64,000 nucleotides of DNA. Origin: Gammaproteobacteria bacterium (GTDB lineage: Bacteria > Pseudomonadota > Gammaproteobacteria > SpSt-1174). How positions within the stretch are numbered: the first letter of the stretch is position 1; the number at the start of each line of letters is the position of its first letter. This document shows positions 61,102 through 64,000 of this stretch, piece after piece. The notes beneath the pieces are model-generated. The model was not told the origin of the DNA and did no database searches. It saw only the letters and a program-made list of their open reading frames with translations. The translations under genes and the position numbers were made by a program. The stretch lies in contig JARRKE010000005.1 in NCBI GenBank assembly GCA_037388465.1, positions 5,010-69,009 on the forward strand, written 5' to 3'.

Positions 61102-62769
61102 ATGACCGCGCAGGCGCACAAACTCTGGCACTTCAACGGGGGCGTACACCCCGAACAGCACAAGGACGTTTCCACGCGCGAGCCCATCGAGTTCATGCGC
61201 CTGCCGCGCCTGGTCGTGCTGCCGCTGTCCCAGCACATCGGCGAACACTGCGAACCCCTGGTCAAAGCGGGCGACAACGTCAACAAGGGCCAGGTGATCG
61301 CCCGCGCGCCGGGTTACGTCAGCGCCGCGGTGCACGCTTCGACCTCCGGCCGAGTCGTCACCGTCGAGGAACGGCCGGTGCCGCATCCCTCCGGCATGTC
61401 CGCACCCTGCATCGTCATCGAACCGGACGGACGCGAATACTGGGGCGAGTCGCGGCTGCCGCCGATCGAGGACTACCTCAACGCCGATCCGGTCACGCTG
61501 CGCAACCGCGTGCGCGAGGCCGGCATCGTCGGCCTCGGCGGCGCCGCCTTCCCCTCCGCGGTGAAACTCAACCCGCGCACCGAGCAGCCCATCGACACGG
61601 TGATCCTCAACGGCGCGGAATGCGAACCCTACATCACCTGCGACGACATGCTGATGCGCGAACGCGCGGCGCAGGTGCTGGACGGGCTGCGCATCATCAT
61701 GCATGTGGTCAAGGCCGGCGAGGCCGTCATCGGCATCGAGGACAACAAGCCCGAGGCCTACCAGGACTTCTGCGCGGCACTGGGCGGCAGCGATGTCGAC
61801 GGCATCCGCGTGGTGCAGGTGCCGACCCTCTACCCCACCGGCGGCGAAAAACAGCTCATCAAGGTGCTGACCGGGCGCGAGGTGCCCAGCCAGGGCCTGC
61901 CCATCGACGTCGGCATGGTATGCCACAACGTCGGCACCGCCTACGCCATCTACCGGGCGGTGGCCGAAGGCGAACCGCTAATCTCGCGCATCGTCACCGT
62001 CACCGGCGGCGGCACCCAAAACCCGCGTAACTTCGAGGTGCTGCTCGGCACGCCGGTCGGCGACCTGATCGACGCCGCCGGCGGCTACACCCCGGAGGCG
62101 CACCGCCTGGTCATGGGCGGGCCGATGATGGGCTTCGCCCTGTCCGACGACGAGGTACCGGTCATCAAGGGCACCAACTGCCTGCTGGCGGCCACGCGCG
62201 AGGAGACCCCCGCCACGCCGCCGGCCCTGCCCTGCATCCGCTGCGGCGCCTGCATGCGCGCCTGCCCGGCCAACCTGCTGCCCCAGCAGCTCTACTGGTT
62301 TGCACGTGCGCGCGACTTCGACAAGGTGCAGGACTACAACCTGTTCGACTGCATCGAGTGCGGCTGCTGCTCCTACGTCTGCCCCAGCCACATCCCCCTG
62401 GTGCAGTACTACCGCTTCGCCAAGACCGAGATCTGGGAGCTGGAGCGCGAACGTCGCAAGGCCGACCAGGCGCGCATCCGCCACGAATTCCGCCAGGAAC
62501 GCCTGGAGCGCGAAAAACGCGAAAAGGCCGAAAAGCTGGCCAGGAAAAAGGCGGCACTGGCCAAGAAGCCGGAAAAGGCGGACGCGGAGGACCCCAAAAA
62601 GGCCGCCATCCAGGCCGCGCTGGAACGCGTCAAGGCCAAAAAGGCGACCGCCGGCGTGGAGCCAAAAAACACCAGCGACCTGACGCCCGAGCAGGCGGCG
62701 CAGATCGAGGCCGCCGAGGCCCGCCGGGCACACGCCAGGGAAAAGGCCGACTCCGAGGGAAACGACTGA
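61102..62769 (+). CDS. rnfC: Rnf/Rsx complex subunit C with K/A/E-rich C-terminal tail
   Basis: GLGGAAFP NADH-binding motif; CIRCGACMRACP and CIECGCCSYVCP ferredoxin motifs. Confidence 0.9.
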   Translation: MTAQAHKLWHFNGGVHPEQHKDVSTREPIEFMRLPRLVVLPLSQHIGEHCEPLVKAGDNVNKGQVIARAPGYVSAAVHASTSGRVVTVEERPVPHPSGMSAPCIVIEPDGREYWGESRLPPIEDYLNADPVTLRNRVREAGIVGLGGAAFPSAVKLNPRTEQPIDTVILNGAECEPYITCDDMLMRERAAQVLDGLRIIMHVVKAGEAVIGIEDNKPEAYQDFCAALGGSDVDGIRVVQVPTLYPTGGEKQLIKVLTGREVPSQGLPIDVGMVCHNVGTAYAIYRAVAEGEPLISRIVTVTGGGTQNPRNFEVLLGTPVGDLIDAAGGYTPEAHRLVMGGPMMGFALSDDEVPVIKGTNCLLAATREETPATPPALPCIRCGACMRACPANLLPQQLYWFARARDFDKVQDYNLFDCIECGCCSYVCPSHIPLVQYYRFAKTEIWELERERRKADQARIRHEFRQERLEREKREKAEKLARKKAALAKKPEKADAEDPKKAAIQAALERVKAKKATAGVEPKNTSDLTPEQAAQIEAAEARRAHAREKADSEGND

Positions 62770-62877
62770 CCGATTTACGCCGGACCAAACACGCGTGCAA
62801 CGGCCCCGTAGGGGTTCGTTCCGCACCCATGACGACATAACGATCAACAACAACGCACTCGACTGCCGACACTCTTC

Positions 62878-63915
62878 ATGCGCTTCAGGACCGTCAGTTC
62901 ACCCCACGTCACCCGGACCCCCGGCGTCGGCGCCATCATGCGCCAGGTGCTCTACGCCCTGGTTCCGGGCACCGCCGCGCTGGTGTGGTACTTCGGCTGG
63001 GGCACCCTGATCAACCTGGGTATCGCCGTGGCCGCCGCCGTCGGCTTCGAGGCCCTGATGCTGGTCATCCGCCGCCGCCCGGTACAGCCTGCCCTGTCCG
63101 ATTACAGCGCCGTGGTCACCGCCTGGCTGCTGGCCATCGCCATTCCGCCGCTGTCGCCATGGTGGCTGACCGTACTGGGTGTGTTTTTCGCCATCGTGGT
63201 GGCCAAGCAGCTCTACGGCGGACTGGGCTACAACCCCTTCAATCCGGCCATGGTTGGTTACGTGGTGCTGCTGATCTCCTTCCCGCGTGAGATGACGACC
63301 TGGCTGCCGGTGCAATCGCTGGCCGCACATCACTTCGACCTGCTGCAGACCGCGCAGATCATCTTCACGGGCACGCCCCTCCACGGGCTCGGCTGGGATG
63401 CGGTCTCGGGCGCCACGCCGCTGGACCAGGTCAAGACCCAGCTCGGCCTGGGCCATACCATCAGCGAGATCCGCAAGAATTCCCTGTTCGGCGATTTCGG
63501 CGGCAAGGGCTGGGAATGGATCGCCAACTGGTACTTCCTCGGCGGCGTCTGGCTGCTGTACAAACGCATCATCACCTGGCAGATCCCCACCGCCATGCTG
63601 CTGTCGCTGGGACTGCTGGCGGGCGTGTTCTTTTTATATGACCCGGACGCCTTCGCCTCGCCGGCATTCCATATCTTCAGCGGCGGGGCGATGCTGGGCG
63701 CCTTTTTCATCGCCACCGACCCGGTGACCGCCAGCACCACGCCGCGCGGCCAGCTGATCTACGGCGCCGGCATCGGCATCCTGACCTTCGTCATCCGCAC
63801 CTGGGGCGGCTACCCCGATGCCATCGCCTTCGCCGTGCTGCTGATGAACATGGCGGCACCGACCATCGACTACTACACCCAGCCGCGGGTCTTCGGCCAC
63901 GGAGGCAGGGAATGA
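62878..63915 (+). CDS. rnfD: Rnf/Rsx complex subunit D
   Basis: NQO2/RnfD fold with the FMN-binding Thr region GGAMLGAFFIATD. Confidence 0.9.
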   Translation: MRFRTVSSPHVTRTPGVGAIMRQVLYALVPGTAALVWYFGWGTLINLGIAVAAAVGFEALMLVIRRRPVQPALSDYSAVVTAWLLAIAIPPLSPWWLTVLGVFFAIVVAKQLYGGLGYNPFNPAMVGYVVLLISFPREMTTWLPVQSLAAHHFDLLQTAQIIFTGTPLHGLGWDAVSGATPLDQVKTQLGLGHTISEIRKNSLFGDFGGKGWEWIANWYFLGGVWLLYKRIITWQIPTAMLLSLGLLAGVFFLYDPDAFASPAFHIFSGGAMLGAFFIATDPVTASTTPRGQLIYGAGIGILTFVIRTWGGYPDAIAFAVLLMNMAAPTIDYYTQPRVFGHGGRE

Positions 63916-64000
63916 AGGCCACCGCGCGCAACGTGCTGCTTTCCACGCTGGTGCTGGCCGGATTCGGTCTGGTGGGCACCGGCATGGTCGCCTGGATCGA
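63912..64000 (+). CDS. rnfG: Rnf/Rsx complex subunit G, N-terminal 29 aa only (truncated by window end)
   Basis: MKATARNVLLSTLVLAGFGLVGTGMVAWI signal/anchor. ATGA overlap with rnfD. Confidence 0.7.
   Translation, partial: MKATARNVLLSTLVLAGFGLVGTGMVAWI

Noticed and set aside
59781-61286. 501-aa minus-strand ORF
   Set aside because: Antisense to rnfA and rnfB, whose motifs (6-TM RnfA, poly-ferredoxin RnfB) are unambiguous.
1-64000. CRISPR arrays, IS elements, integrases, phage genes, toxin-antitoxin pairs, known defence-system genes
   Set aside because: None recognised. All large ORFs are accounted for by housekeeping or signalling genes.

Overview
This is a dense, high-GC (~65%) core-genome stretch. 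By gene content it looks like a Gram-negative, probably gammaproteobacterial (Chromatiales/Ectothiorhodospiraceae-like) chromosome; that taxonomy is inference only. No rRNA, tRNA, CRISPR, IS element, integrase or prophage is recognisable, and no stretch longer than about 400 bp is non-coding.

Conserved blocks, in order:
- yrbG-kdsD-[antisense insert]-kdsC-lptC-lptA-lptB-rpoN-hpf-ptsN-hprK-rapZ-EIIA(Man)-ptsH-ptsI, i.e. the sigma-54/PTS-Ntr neighbourhood with an HprK;
- mgtE, a 1-Cys peroxiredoxin and corA;
- tag, nptA, amtB, dcd, apbC and metG;
- potFGHI;
- mtnB-mtnD-mtnC;
- rnfABCDG, with rnfG running off the 3' edge.

Accessory or unusual content:
1. A membrane coiled-coil protein translationally coupled (ATGA) to a VWA-domain lipoprotein at the 5' edge; the lipoprotein is cut by the window.
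2. An FGE-sulfatase-family protein in an operon with a DUF484-GGDEF cyclase, divergent from two tandem paralogous ~70-aa acidic proteins.
3. An antisense 137-aa orphan gene inserted between kdsD and kdsC.
4. A four-gene, start/stop-overlapping operon: SplB-like radical SAM, YbbA ATPase, YbbP double-FtsX permease, AttH/CrtC-like lipoprotein.
5. A large GAF-GGDEF-sensor-globin-EAL gene broken by a frameshift exactly at the GGDEF motif, in a GGG-AAA-GGGG homopolymer region.
6. A heptanucleotide tandem repeat (ACGCCTT)n at two loci 10 kb apart, each abutting the stop of a minus-strand gene.
7. Four separate c-di-GMP turnover genes.

I could not name a complete, clearly novel defence or mobile system with confidence. 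The best leads for an undescribed module are items 1, 2 and 4. All product calls are from motif recognition by eye; no database search was run.
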